A DNA stretch of 64,000 nt from an uncultured Verrucomicrobiae bacterium (GTDB lineage: Bacteria > Verrucomicrobiota > Verrucomicrobiia > Chthoniobacterales > JAFAMB01). The stretch spans positions 1-64,000 of the forward strand of contig CAWEXO010000015.1 of assembly GCA_963813025.1 (NCBI GenBank), written 5' to 3'. Position numbers and translations under genes: made by a program. Below the pieces are notes generated by a model that saw only the letters and a program-made list of their open reading frames with translations, was not told the DNA's origin and searched no databases. Shown here piece after piece: positions 34,102 through 45,600 of this stretch; positions within the stretch are counted from its first letter, which is position 1, and each line of letters starts with the position of its first letter.

Positions 34102-36552
34102 CTACTTCGACATATACTCAATCGCCGCTCGCAGGGCGATTTCTCTCGACGACCGGGCGATGCGCAATTCGTAACTTCCTTGATCAATATTCCAACGATG
34201 GCTCCGAGGATCGAAATAGGCCAGCGCCTCTGACGGAACTTCCATTTCAACTTTGTGCGATTCACCCGGGTTAAGGGTTTCTTTCACAAAACCCTTCAGC
34301 TCCTGCGGAGGTCGCTCAATCGAAGGGTGGATCGGATGGATGTAAAGTTCCGCAATCTCTGCTCCGGCGCGCGTCCCGGTATTGGTCAAGGTAAATGCGA
34401 CTTTCCAGCCGCTCGAGTCCGGCACGACCCGCAAGTCCGAGTACACGAACGTCGTGTAGGACAATCCAAAGCCGAAAGGGAATAGCGGTTGGACTCCATC
34501 GCGCTCAATTCCCCGGTATCCGACAAAAATCCCCTCGCCATACCGCATCGACCGTCCGCTGCTTCGAGCCTGGTAATACGGCGCCGACGGACAGTCTCCA
34601 AACCGGTTCTCTATTGTAATCGGCAACTTGCCGCTCGGGTCAATTTTGCCTGCAAGGATTTCGGCAATCGCCTTGCCACCTTCCTGTCCGGGGTACCAGG
34701 CGTGTAACAGTCCCGGTACTCTGTCGATCCATGACCGGCAATCCAGCGCTCCTCCGGCAAAAAGCACCACGATCGTACGCGGATTTTTTCCGGCAACCTG
34801 CTGAATCAGCTCGTCCTGGGCGTCCGGCATTTGAAACGTTCGATCGAACCCTTCGCCCTCGGTGCCGTCATTGAATCCGACACAAACGATCGCCGCGTCA
34901 TAATCCGCGATCCTGTCCGGCACTTTCACAGGCGCCCAGGCGAACTGCGCCACCGCGCCCCCGGCGCTATTCCGGTACTCGACACGCAGACGGTAGGTTT
35001 TGCCTGCCTCAAGAACGCGCGTCGCGGTATCCGTTCGCGGAGCGTGATCGACCCAGTCATCAATCACCAGAGCATCGTCGAGGTAAACCCGAATCCGATC
35101 ATCCGATCGCGCCCGGAAAACATGGGTCCCGCTCACCCAGGGGCGAATTGCGCCTGTCCACCGCACCGAGAACGCCTCCGGGAGATCTGGGATCCCGATT
35201 ACTCCATTGTCCCATCGGAAATCGATCGCCGGATCGATCCGCACCTGCTTTGGAGCACCGGCAAGATCGGGATTAGCAAAATACTCTCCGGTCAAACCGG
35301 GAACGGTCTCGCCATTGTTGGCGCGATGCTCGAACCGGGCTGAGCCGTAGTCACCTCCGCCCTCCGTGAAATAATCGATCAGCACTCTTTTTCCAAAAAC
35401 CTGGCGGAGTCCGTCGACCACCGAGACCTGACGAAACGGTCGCACGAATGAACTCCCAGAGCCAGCCGGTACACCGGGATTAGCAGCCGAACCGAGCACG
35501 GCGATTTTTTGAATCGCCGTGGAATCGAGCGGGAGCAGCCCACGTTCGTTTTTCAGGAGGACGGTACCCGCTTCAGCAACGCGCAGTGCAACTGCGTCGC
35601 TGGCCGGATCATCAAGGGGGATAGCCGGATCCCTTTGTTCCCGGTCGAGGAACCCCATCTGGATGATTGTCCGCAGAATCCGTGAGACCTTGTCATCCAG
35701 GTCTGATTCTTTGATTACCCCTACGGCCAACGCCCCGACCAGCCATTTGCGGCTGAAGTATTGACCGGCCGGCATTTCGATATCCAGCCCTCCGCGAAAC
35801 GCGGGCACGGCTTCATGCGTTGCGCCCCAATCCGACATCACAAACCCGGGAAAATTCCACTCCGATTTGAGAATCGTCCGGTTGAGCCAGGTATTCTGTG
35901 TACAATAACCCCCGTTCAGCCGGTTATAAGCATCCATCACCGCCAGGGCCCCTCCTTTCTGCACAGCAGCCTGAAACGCGGGGAGGTAAATTTCCCGCAA
36001 GGCGCGTTCATCGACCTGTATGTCGATCGTCTCGCGATTATACTCCTGGTTATTCGCCGCAAAATGTTTGACCGTCGCGACCACCCCTTGGCTCTGGACT
36101 CCCTGCACGAAAGGCACCACCGTCCGGCAACCCAGATACGGATCCTCGCCCGAGAGATATTCGAAGTTCCGCCCTCCGACCGGCACCCGATTGATATTGA
36201 TGCCTGGAGCCAGCAATATGTGAATACCTCGGGCCCGACAATCGCGTCCCATCGAAACGCCCTCGGCCTGAGCCAGTTCCGGGTCGAAACTTGCTGCTAG
36301 GGCGATTCCGGCGGGATACCTGGTGCTCGGAGTATCTTGCCGTACGCCGAGCGGACCGTCGCTCATCCGGATTTCCGGGATTTTCAAGCGCGGCAGCGCG
36401 CGGATCGACATGGCGTGTACCCCGCCGATGTAATCAATCTTCTCGGCGAGGGTCATCTGCCCGAGAATCTCGCGGGCACGCTCCTCCGGCGTGGCCGCGT
36501 CGCACAACGCGGAGATTCCAAGAGCAACAATAAAAATCAAGATGCGTTTCAC
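34102..36552 (-). CDS. Exported glycoside hydrolase family 3 beta-glucosidase with PA14 and Fn3-like domains
   Basis: SDGPLG, GRNFE, KHFAAN, VMSDWGA, PA14 insert (FSVRWTG...SDD), FPFGFGLSYT, ELKGF. Confidence 0.95.
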   Translation of the reverse strand: MKRILIFIVALGISALCDAATPEERAREILGQMTLAEKIDYIGGVHAMSIRALPRLKIPEIRMSDGPLGVRQDTPSTRYPAGIALAASFDPELAQAEGVSMGRDCRARGIHILLAPGININRVPVGGRNFEYLSGEDPYLGCRTVVPFVQGVQSQGVVATVKHFAANNQEYNRETIDIQVDERALREIYLPAFQAAVQKGGALAVMDAYNRLNGGYCTQNTWLNRTILKSEWNFPGFVMSDWGATHEAVPAFRGGLDIEMPAGQYFSRKWLVGALAVGVIKESDLDDKVSRILRTIIQMGFLDREQRDPAIPLDDPASDAVALRVAEAGTVLLKNERGLLPLDSTAIQKIAVLGSAANPGVPAGSGSSFVRPFRQVSVVDGLRQVFGKRVLIDYFTEGGGDYGSARFEHRANNGETVPGLTGEYFANPDLAGAPKQVRIDPAIDFRWDNGVIGIPDLPEAFSVRWTGAIRPWVSGTHVFRARSDDRIRVYLDDALVIDDWVDHAPRTDTATRVLEAGKTYRLRVEYRNSAGGAVAQFAWAPVKVPDRIADYDAAIVCVGFNDGTEGEGFDRTFQMPDAQDELIQQVAGKNPRTIVVLFAGGALDCRSWIDRVPGLLHAWYPGQEGGKAIAEILAGKIDPSGKLPITIENRFGDCPSAPYYQARSSGRSMRYGEGIFVGYRGIERDGVQPLFPFGFGLSYTTFVYSDLRVVPDSSGWKVAFTLTNTGTRAGAEIAELYIHPIHPSIERPPQELKGFVKETLNPGESHKVEMEVPSEALAYFDPRSHRWNIDQGSYELRIARSSREIALRAAIEYMSK

Positions 36553-36666
36553 GTTTCGCGTTTCACGTTTCGCGGCATTCAGGAAGTCCTGCAACTCCGG
36601 AACAATGGCCGATGACCGAACTCCTGGCACTCCTGGACTCCTCCTCTTCATCGTCTAAGCTTACTC

Positions 36667-37536
36667 ATGGACAACCAAGAAATTGCTGGAAGCGGAACCT
36701 TCAAACTCGGTGGCGATCTCGAAATCTATCGACTCGCCTTCGGGGCCATGCGGCTTACCGGGAAGGGAATCTGGGGCGAACCGGCGAATCCGGGCGAAGC
36801 GCGCCGAGTTCTCCGGCGCGCGCTGGAAGCCGGAGTCAATTTCATCGATACCGCCGATTCCTACGGCCCGGAGGTAAGCGAACGCCTGATTGCGGAAGCG
36901 CTTTATCCTTATCCGACAGACCTGGTGATTGCGACCAAAGGTGGACTCACGCGTTCCGGGCCGGGCAACTGGGCGCCGGTTGGGCGAGCAGAATACCTTC
37001 ACCAATGCGTGGAGATGAGCCTGCGCCGTTTACGCCTGGAAAGAATCGATCTCTATCAGCTTCATCGGATCGATCCGAAGGTTCCGATGGAAGAGTCGCT
37101 CGGCGCACTTAAAGAGCTGCAAGATGCGGGCAAAATCCGGCATATCGGGCTTTCTGAAGTGTCGGCAGAGGAAATCGCGAAGGCGCAAAAGGTGGTCCGC
37201 ATCGTGAGCGCGCAGAATGAGTACAATCTCAGCAACCGAAAATCGGAAACAACACTCCGCTATTGTGAAGAACATCAGTTAGGCTTTATCCCGTGGTTCC
37301 CGATCGCCGGCGGAGATCTGGTGAAACCAGGTGGATCACTGGACCAAATCGCCAAACGTCATCAAGCTACCGTAGCGCAAATCTCAATTGCCTGGCTGCT
37401 GCATCGGTCCCCGGTGATGCTGCCAATTCCAGGTACATCTTCGGTTGAGCATCTGGAAGAAAACCTGGAAGCGGCCAAGCTGAGTCTCGAGAAAAGCGAG
37501 TGGGAAGCTATCGAACAGGCGGCCGGTCATAAATGA
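36667..37536 (+). CDS. Aldo/keto reductase
   Basis: FIDTADSYG, IATKGG, IDLYQLH, GKIRHIGLS, PIPGT. Confidence 0.95.
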   Translation: MDNQEIAGSGTFKLGGDLEIYRLAFGAMRLTGKGIWGEPANPGEARRVLRRALEAGVNFIDTADSYGPEVSERLIAEALYPYPTDLVIATKGGLTRSGPGNWAPVGRAEYLHQCVEMSLRRLRLERIDLYQLHRIDPKVPMEESLGALKELQDAGKIRHIGLSEVSAEEIAKAQKVVRIVSAQNEYNLSNRKSETTLRYCEEHQLGFIPWFPIAGGDLVKPGGSLDQIAKRHQATVAQISIAWLLHRSPVMLPIPGTSSVEHLEENLEAAKLSLEKSEWEAIEQAAGHK

Positions 37537-37538
37537 TG

Positions 37539-37615
37539 AGTGTCAGTGTCAGTGCTAGTGTCAGTGCCAGTGCTAGTGCCAGTGTTAGTGTCAGTTGCTA
37601 GTGTCAGTGTCAGTT
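37539..37615. repeat. Degenerate AGTGYY hexamer tandem array directly after the aldo/keto reductase stop
   Basis: GTGTCAGTGTCAGTGCTAGTGTCAGTGCCAGTGCTAGTGCCAGTGTTAGTGTCAGT. Confidence 0.9.
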
Positions 37616-37896
37616 GCCGTCGTTCGCACCGACACCGGACGCCTGCAAAAGCGTGGTTCAGATTGCCTATCTAAGACAAGCGTACCGTGCCGATCGGAGT
37701 TTGCTGGCCCAAAGGTACAAAATGACTCATTTCGGGGCTCTAAACCCCGGAAAAGTCGATCGTCGAAAATAGCCCTGTGAGAGTGGGCGTGCCGCGTGAC
37801 GCGGAACTTGTCGCGCCGTAGTGCCGCGAAGCGGGCACGAAGGCGGACGCTCTTGTCCGTGTCTGGGCGATGACCCACGAGCCCGGAATCCCTCTC

Positions 37897-38982
37897 TCAG
37901 CCAAGCTCGAATTCTGCGATCACCGGCAAATGATCGGATAATGCGAGAGCACGATCCTGAATCACTTTGGAAGAGGTCAAACGGATCCTGGGAGACCAGA
38001 AAAAGTAGTCGAGTGTTTTTGCCGGTTGCCTGGCGTCAGGGCCCGGTGTCGTGAAAGTAAAATAGCGTTCTCGATCTGGCCCGAGGACATCTGCTAAAGT
38101 CGGGAAGCCTTTGTAATAAGAGAACAGTCGAGCCAACTCGGCAGGCGCCTCGACCGCAGCATCGTCGACTTGGGAGTCGGTTGATCTGCACGGAGCCAGG
38201 TTGAAGTCGCCACCCAGGATCCAGGAAAACCCAGCGCGATCGAGCTCGGCCAGATGACCGAGAATGCGCTCGACCTGGCGGGACATGATATTGGTGCGGC
38301 CAGGCCACGCCTCCAGATGTGTGTTCACGACAACGAATCTTTGTTCGGAGAATAATTCAGCTTCCAGCAAAGCTCGTTTGAGAGCGAAGTCGCGCACAAA
38401 AAAATTACCTGGTTTCAGTGGTAGCTGGTATCGGCGCCCTTGACCGATCCGGTACCTCGACAAGATCGCTAATTGCATTCCAGCCGGACCCCAGACTTTC
38501 GGATGGGGAACAAATGCAGACCGCCAGTAGTAAGCCGAGACCGCGTCGGCATAGCGGTCCGACAACAAGCTCTGAAGGACGGAAAGCTCATCGATAAACC
38601 CGGTCCGGCGCGCACCGCGATCCACCTCTTGCAAGAGCACCACGTCGGGGTTCTCGGCGCGGATTAACTGGCTTATTCCTTCGATTGTCTCGGCGACGTC
38701 CTCCGGTCGCACCTGAGTGTCCGGGCCGCCGTCGTAGAAAAACCGATACTTCGTTCCAGCAAAAAACTGAACATTATAAGTCAGGACTTTCATCCGCCGC
38801 TCTCTCGGTACATCCGGAGCGGGCCGCAGATGCTGAATCAGCAAAGAAACGATCGGCCTTGGCCGATAGTTCACCCGACCGAGAGCGGACCAAACCAACC
38901 TCAGAAAAAGAGCAACGCTGCCGGCTGCGAGATACACCAGGGACTCGAGCGTCTTACGTTTTACGTGTTGGTGTTCATTCAC
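37897..38982 (-). CDS. Endonuclease/exonuclease/phosphatase family protein
   Basis: LTYNV, LLQEVD, NTHL, GGDFN, LDY, SDHLPV. Confidence 0.92.
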   Translation of the reverse strand: MNEHQHVKRKTLESLVYLAAGSVALFLRLVWSALGRVNYRPRPIVSLLIQHLRPAPDVPRERRMKVLTYNVQFFAGTKYRFFYDGGPDTQVRPEDVAETIEGISQLIRAENPDVVLLQEVDRGARRTGFIDELSVLQSLLSDRYADAVSAYYWRSAFVPHPKVWGPAGMQLAILSRYRIGQGRRYQLPLKPGNFFVRDFALKRALLEAELFSEQRFVVVNTHLEAWPGRTNIMSRQVERILGHLAELDRAGFSWILGGDFNLAPCRSTDSQVDDAAVEAPAELARLFSYYKGFPTLADVLGPDRERYFTFTTPGPDARQPAKTLDYFFWSPRIRLTSSKVIQDRALALSDHLPVIAEFELG

Positions 38983-39033
38983 TGTTGATTTAGCAGGTTT
39001 TTAAACAGGCGAGCAGCGTCTGTTGTTACGCGC

Positions 39034-39390
39034 ATGTATGAGGTAGCGCCGCCGATGCCTTACTTCATGGAGTTCGCGCCGATGATTGGGATGCATGCCG
39101 GATACCTGCCAGGCTATCCGGCCTCTCACGGCTGTATCCGGATACCGCGCGATCTGGCTGAGAAATTTTTCAGCATGCTGGCTGTCGACACTCCGGTGAC
39201 GGTCATCGGTAATTCTTCCCAGGCGAGCCGGGTAAGGGCCGCGCTTCCGGTCGAGGGCATACCTGGCGAACGCGTCGTGGTCGTTTCGCGACGAGCGATG
39301 CGCCGGGCGGTATGGACCAACTCGGTCTACCGCACGTCCGAAGCGCAGAACCCTCCGATCATTTTCGGGGCGAGAACCGCCAGCCGTTGA
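39034..39390 (+). pseudogene. 5'-truncated L,D-transpeptidase (YkuD) fragment
   Basis: PMPYFM...GMHAGYLPGYPASHGCIRIP catalytic motif present, but no N-terminal half of the domain. Confidence 0.65.
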
Positions 39391-39673
39391 GCGTAGTGCG
39401 GAACTTGTCGCGCCGTAATCCTCCGAAACCGGGGACGCAGCCTTGTCCTCAAAGACGGCCAGTCGGCGCTTCGTCAAGATTCGGCCGAACCTCATAGCTT
39501 GGCTCAAGCCCTGCCAAAAAGCACGGGCTGATCTGCCCTATTGGACTACGTAAACGCTTGGAAGCCAATCGCAAAGCGGCTGGGTTCACCTCCTGGCCAG
39601 TTAACTCTCTGCGGCATTCCTTTGCCAGGTTCCACCTCGCTGGGTTCCGCGTTGGTTGCATCCTACGATGCGA

Positions 39674-40198
39674 TTACTTGGCTCGTTTCCATGCCGTATG
39701 ACCCGTAAAACCTGACTCGCCGGTCGACGCAGTAGGGTTGGTCCAATTCATTTCGTCCCCTGTAAGGGTCAGAAATCGCTTCTGATCCGTTCCACTCCAA
39801 TTCGGGTACGAACTGCTCTCAATGTGAATGTTGAGCGCACGATCCGCATCATTGAACGAGTACGTACCAAAGTAGCACAGGGTTTTCTGCACAACAGCTT
39901 TGTTCTCCTCCGGGGTGCCGTCCAGACGGTTTTTGGACGCGAATTTCGGAATATCAGAGCCTATGAGCTGCACAGAAATGTGGCCGTTTCCATCCATAAC
40001 AAGGATGCCTGTCGGATCGGCGCCAAACGGGTTGAATTTGCTGCCATCCGGAGCTTCGATGTAGATTGACACGAGCGTCCAAGTTCCTACCAGTTGGTCT
40101 TTGGCGCTCTGGGCGAGCGTGTGCAGGGCAACGCCCAGAAACAGCAGCGCCACCATACCGGCAAACGGAAGGGCACTACGTCGATTTATTGCGCGCAT
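39674..40198 (-). CDS. Exported lipocalin-like domain protein
   Basis: Signal peptide, LVGTWTLVS, YFGTY, PNWSGTDQKR. Confidence 0.85.
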   Translation of the reverse strand: MRAINRRSALPFAGMVALLFLGVALHTLAQSAKDQLVGTWTLVSIYIEAPDGSKFNPFGADPTGILVMDGNGHISVQLIGSDIPKFASKNRLDGTPEENKAVVQKTLCYFGTYSFNDADRALNIHIESSSYPNWSGTDQKRFLTLTGDEMNWTNPTASTGESGFTGHTAWKRAK

Positions 40199-40526
40199 TT
40201 CCTATGGTCCTTGTTTTTGCATTTTGTTGGCTTTGAAAATCGACGTCCTCGGGTGAGACCGCTAAGGGGGTCTGATTACTGAGAGCATGCACCTTTTCTT
40301 AGCTCTTTATCCAGAACTTTCGGTTATACTGCTCGGGAAACAACTTGGGCGGGCTAGTGCCAAATTGCCAATGATGGCGCTGTTGCGCCCCCCAAATCAG
40401 AGCCGCTGTTGGACAATGGAGCTCGACATCTGGCCCTCCGCTGAAGCATTTTTTGGGATGGTATGCGCGAAAAGAGTTAGATCCGATTATTTGCAATCTG
40501 ACGCCCCCTGAATCAACACGTGCGCT

Positions 40527-41030
40527 ATGGAACTGAGCAAAGATCTTGAACTCATCGCGATGCAGGAGCGGGAGTTGCTGCTTCCGCGATTCGATGAGGA
40601 TATCGCCTGGGAGCTTGGGTTGCGATTACGCGAACTCGCGTTCTCCCGGCAGCTACCAGTGACGATCGAGGTACGCCGCTTCGGCCAGCCGCTATTCTAT
40701 AGCGCGCTGAAAGGTACTACGCCGGACAACGCTGAGTGGGTTCGGCGCAAAGGGAACGTGGTGACGCGTTTTCATCGGAGTTCCTACGCTATCGGGCTTG
40801 GTCTGCAACAAACAAACAGTACCCTTGCCGAGAAGTATGAATTGTCTCAAGCGGACTACGCCTCGCACGGTGGATCTTTTCCGTTGAGCGTGACCGGAGC
40901 CGGGGTGGTTGGATGCGTGACCGTGTCTGGGCTGCCGCAGCGTGCAGATCACGAGCTCGTAGTGGAAGCGCTGTGTGGTCAACTTGGGCGAGAATACCGA
41001 CAGCTGGCGCTGCCCGAACCGGTAGATTAA
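40527..41030 (+). CDS. Heme-degrading (UPF0303, GlcG/HbpS-like) domain protein
   Basis: [35 protein letters not shown]. Confidence 0.88.
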   Translation: MELSKDLELIAMQERELLLPRFDEDIAWELGLRLRELAFSRQLPVTIEVRRFGQPLFYSALKGTTPDNAEWVRRKGNVVTRFHRSSYAIGLGLQQTNSTLAEKYELSQADYASHGGSFPLSVTGAGVVGCVTVSGLPQRADHELVVEALCGQLGREYRQLALPEPVD

Positions 41031-41088
41031 GTGACTCCAACGCTGCCAAGAGTGTCTTGCGACGACCGCCGGTTCCACTTGCGAGTGA

Positions 41089-41706
41089 TCAGCCGCGAAT
41101 TTTTTTCGTGAGCTCCGCAACGCGCTTACCTTGGACTCGGCAGATGGCGAGATCCTCGGAAGTCGGCGCGAGTTCGCCTTTCGCACCGGAGATCGTACTC
41201 GCTCCGTAGGGCGTGCCGCCCCGCGCTTCGGTGTGGATCATTCCCTCGGTCGAATACGGTACTCCGACTATGAGCATTCCAAGATGAATTAGTGGTATCA
41301 TCATCGTGATACAGGTCGTCTCCTGTCCGCCGTGGGTGGAAGCGGTCGAGGTGAAGACGCCGACCGGCTTACCTTCCATCGCGCCGGACAGCCAGAGGCT
41401 AGCGGTGGAGTCTATGAGCGCTTTCATCTGCGCGATCATGTTTCCGTAACGCGTCGGAGAGCCGAGCAGCATGCCGTCGGCTTCACGAAGGTCATCGAGA
41501 GTACAGACCGGAATGTCCTTTTGTTCTTTCCAGATTTTGGTTGCGTAGCCCTCGCCCGCCTCCAGTTCCTTTTCAGTGTGAGGAAATTCCGGCGCGCGGC
41601 GAAAGACAGCTTCGACTCCGGCAACTGATTTGACGCCTTCCTCGACAGCTCGCGCGAGCTGCAAGCTATGGCCATAGACGGTGTAATAAACGACGAGGAC
41701 TTTCAT
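41089..41706 (-). CDS. wrbA: NAD(P)H:quinone oxidoreductase
   Basis: VVYYTVYGH, GSPTRYGNM, HGGQETT, GGTPYGAS. Confidence 0.95.
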   Translation of the reverse strand: MKVLVVYYTVYGHSLQLARAVEEGVKSVAGVEAVFRRAPEFPHTEKELEAGEGYATKIWKEQKDIPVCTLDDLREADGMLLGSPTRYGNMIAQMKALIDSTASLWLSGAMEGKPVGVFTSTASTHGGQETTCITMMIPLIHLGMLIVGVPYSTEGMIHTEARGGTPYGASTISGAKGELAPTSEDLAICRVQGKRVAELTKKIRG

Positions 41707-41937
41707 GGATGTTGTTATGTTTTGGTTAGGCTTGTTGTTTAGCGCTTCACAACCAGGAAAAATGACATTCTTTCTCCTTGCGCGCGCCAAAGGAGCTTGT
41801 GTTCTTCAGATGGGAACCGCAAGAAGCGAACTGTCAAAGTTATCAGAAAATTTGAGCTCGAGAAGCTGATATGCTGTACCCGTCTCTCAGCAGGGCCGTC
41901 CAATGCGATCGACTTCAGTTCGGCGGGGTAGTGGTTT

Positions 41938-42426
41938 TCACGAGGTGGGATATTTAAACACTGACGCACGAATCTTCCAAATACCGCCCGCTGGAGTGTA
42001 CACATTTACCAGATAGCCCCCAAATTTCCGGGTGCCGTCGATAGTCACAGTCCACCCTCCGATTGCGCATAGATCGTCGCCCATGGCATAGACATAGCTT
42101 ATTTTTGTAATTCTATCCGAAGGATTGTGACGCTGAAACAAATCTGTCACATATCCCTCGATGGCTTCTCGACCGGAAAACGTCCCCCCCGGCGTCACTT
42201 GAACCGCTTTTGCGATGTACAGCGCCCCGACAGCGGTTGCGTCGTGCTTGTTGAATGCTTCATCAAACTTCAGATTGATCGCTTCGAGCTGCTGGACTAA
42301 TTGGGGACTCGCGGCAATGGCGCGAAAGGGAAAGGGATTGACCTCCTCTTTCTCTTGGGCAAAGGCCACCAGAGCAAAACTGATTGCCAATCCTACTACT
42401 AGGGCACCTGGTAAGCGTATCTTCAT
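41938..42426 (-). CDS. Exported NTF2-like (SnoaL/DUF4440) protein
   Basis: Signal peptide, FDEAFNKHDA, GREAIE, WKIR. Confidence 0.8.
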   Translation of the reverse strand: MKIRLPGALVVGLAISFALVAFAQEKEEVNPFPFRAIAASPQLVQQLEAINLKFDEAFNKHDATAVGALYIAKAVQVTPGGTFSGREAIEGYVTDLFQRHNPSDRITKISYVYAMGDDLCAIGGWTVTIDGTRKFGGYLVNVYTPAGGIWKIRASVFKYPTS

Positions 42427-42475
42427 TGTCTCCTCCGGTTTGTGACTCGTCGCCTAACGACCTGTCATGAGAAGT

Positions 42476-42620
42476 CTATTTGACGCTCGCACCTCCGTCC
42501 ACCGCTAAGGCAATTCCTGTCACCCACTCCGCCTCTCGGGAAACGAGAAACAGCACGCACTCGGCTACGTCTTGGGAAGTTCCCAGGCGTCGCCAGGGCG
42601 TATCTTGCAAAGCAGCCTTG
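42476..42620 (-). pseudogene. C-terminal fragment of a short-chain dehydrogenase
   Basis: TPWRRLGTSQDVAECVLFLVS...WVTGIALAVDGG without the N-terminal domain. Confidence 0.75.
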
Positions 42621-42656
42621 TTGTCCGTTGAACGAAAGGCAGCGGGTTGCAAGAAG

Positions 42657-45600
42657 TTAGCAAAGAGGTAGTCGGAATCCACGTCCTCCTGACCCGCTCG
42701 CTTTTTGGCGGCGGTATTCTGCGTAGGTTGCTTCCGCGCGTTTCGCTAGCGAAATCGACTTCTGCTCCTTTGCGATTCTGATGGCTGCGCAGAACGAAGC
42801 CTCAATTTGGGTCTCGTCAGCACCCATAGCCGTGAGAAACACACCGCGGAGCCGGTGCAGTTCGGCACACCACCAGCGCTCTTCAGATCTTTCGACCACG
42901 TGCTTCTGCCTCCTTTATTGCCTCAAGAGCTTCAGAGGTACGATCCGCAAGATGCAAAGCTTCAGCCTTTAGTGCCAGAAAATATGGCAGGCCCAGCATC
43001 GAGCCGGTTGCCCGAAAGTCTCTTATTCCGTCCTCGATCCACGGAATACCTTCCGCTGTGTCACCGGAAGCGCTGCGCGCCCAACCGCGGTAGAATGGCT
43101 CCTACCGCCAGCCAAAACGCAAAATTGTGACGCGTTGAGAGTTCAATCAAATCCGATGCCAAGCGTTCCACTTCAGCAGGATTACGCTCAAAGTGGCGCG
43201 AGAGCCGCTGCCCAAGTATAGTGCCACGGCTAATGCGTGCATATCATTCAGCTCCTTTGCTAGTGAGATCGCTTCCGCCATGGTCGCTTGGCAAGAGGCG
43301 ATCTCTCCGAAATGCCACTCGGATATGCGCCTGATAGCACAGACAAGACGACGACTGGCGCGTCGAGCTCTTCCGTCATGAGACTGTACGCTTCCCGAGC
43401 GCCAGATCTGAACACCACGCATCGCGTATTGTCGCGCGGACTCGAAATCGCCCAAAAAGTAGAGCGTGGCTGCCAAAGCGCGGTAGGCTCCTATCATTAG
43501 CGCAGAGTCATTCTGCTCCTGCGCCAGCGAGTAAACTCGTTTGGCAATCTGCATCGTTGCAGTCAGCTTGTCGGTCATGAGGGAATAGCGCCACTGACCT
43601 ATCAGTGCCACATACAGGAGCAGGGGACGATTAAGCGAATGACACAAGGACTCCGCGCGCTCGTAACAAATTCGCGCCTCCGGTGCTCCCAATCCTCGCG
43701 TGGCCGTTAGATATGATCCCGCCTGCATGAGGATGAAGAGCTGATCTTCCGCAGTGAGACTCTGCCCCTCGACGGCCGTTTCCACCGGTGAACCCCAGCG
43801 TCCGTGTTCGAAGAAATGAGCTAAAACCGAGAGCAATGCTCCTCTGGCTCCAAGAACGTTAGCCGCAAAGGAGGCATTTCCCCGCTGAATCCGCGGAATG
43901 TAAACTTCATGCAGCGCTTCGCGAAATAAACCGGCATTGCAGCCGCAGATGACGGCTAAGAAAAGCGGCTCCATCTCCCTGAAACTATCCGGCAGCTGCG
44001 GCGCAAGCGTTCGATAATAATGATAGAGCCGCCTATTGCATTCCTTCCACGCATCCGTTCGTTGACTCCGAAGCTGTTCGCCAAAGTATTCACGAACGAG
44101 AGGATGCGTATCGAGATGTCCAGGATTATGCGGATCTTCTCCGGCGAGGAGTCTTGCTCTTCTTAACCTGGCAAGAATCGTTCGCCACTCGGTCGGGCTC
44201 AAATCAGTTAATGACTCTGTAAGGCCCGGAATCGCAGGTGGTTTCAGCAGGGCTCCAAGCGCCTTTTCGTCAGCGGGGCGATCAAATAGACCTAACATGC
44301 GCAGAACTGACAGCTCAGGACCTTCGCCAAACCAGGTTTGGTAAGATTCCATGACTTTTCGGGCATGGACTCCCTGTCGTACGTCGTGAGCAAGACGTTC
44401 TGACACTTCTTTGCGGCAACGAATGTCTCCATTGTAAGCATCGGTCAGATAGCTGCCCAACAGCGTTAGAGCCAGACAATGGCCACTGAACTCGTCGCTG
44501 GCACTTCGCAGTTCCGCCTCATCTCCCTTTAACGCCCAGCGCTCGGAGCAGCTTCGCACCGGCATCGCTGGATAGTTGTTCCAGGTCACGACGCAGAGCT
44601 GAGGTGCCCTCGTGATCTGCAATATCAGCGACCGGCATCCGCGTGGTAATCACGCAAAGCCCCGTATTGAAGGCAGCAAGCTCGCGCAGAAGCGCCTGGA
44701 GGGAAGGCTCACGTACCCGTCCTTCTTGTGGACCAGGCGGATTTTGGAGCGGCTCCAGGCCATCCAGAACCAATAAGGTTCGACGATGCGCGACGAGCTT
44801 CGCCAATCTTTCGCCCTTCTCCCACGCCGTTCCGATCCGTGGATCTGGATCTCCAAACCAAGTGAGAGCCGCATCAAGAAATTCATCTGCGGACGAAGTG
44901 TCCCCACTGGTGCCCTGTCTGTAGAAGGACCAGCCAAAAACAAGCTCCGCAGAACGATAATGTTCAGCAGCCATCCGTCGGAGCCAATGGTTAACGAGCG
45001 TGGACTTCCCGACACCAGCCCAGGCAACGATTGTAACGACATTGACATGCTGGTTTGCCCATGCATCGATCCAGGAAAGCGATATCCTCCTCTCGACCAA
45101 AAACATCGCTTCCGGTAACGGGCAATCTGGCTACGGAAATTTTCTTCGGTCCCAGTCTTGCTGGCGGCTTGCGAGTTCCGACACGCGAAGCGGTAGGGGG
45201 CATCTTCTGCAAGCTCTGACGAGTGATTCTACGCCGTGCGTCGATAGCGCCTGTTATCGTCGGCATCGCCTTCAGAAGTTCGGCCGGGTTCTGAAAACGC
45301 CGCGCCGGGTCTTTCTCAAGAAGCACCTCAAGTAGAACAACGACCGGCTGCGGAACACCTTCGAGTTGTTCGAGCGGTAACGGTGCGTGCTGATGCTGAT
45401 ACATCACCTCAGCCGGAGGAGCCCCGGAATGGCGCCTGGCCGGTCACCATCTCCCAGAGCGTCACGCCCAGCGAGTACAGGTCCGAGCGGATGTCCACGC
45501 CGACTCCTGCGAATTGCTCCGGACTGGCGAACTCCGGTGTACCAGCAAAAGCCCCGGGCGTTGAAATCGCAGCTTCGAGCAGCCTGGTTCATTGACCGCC

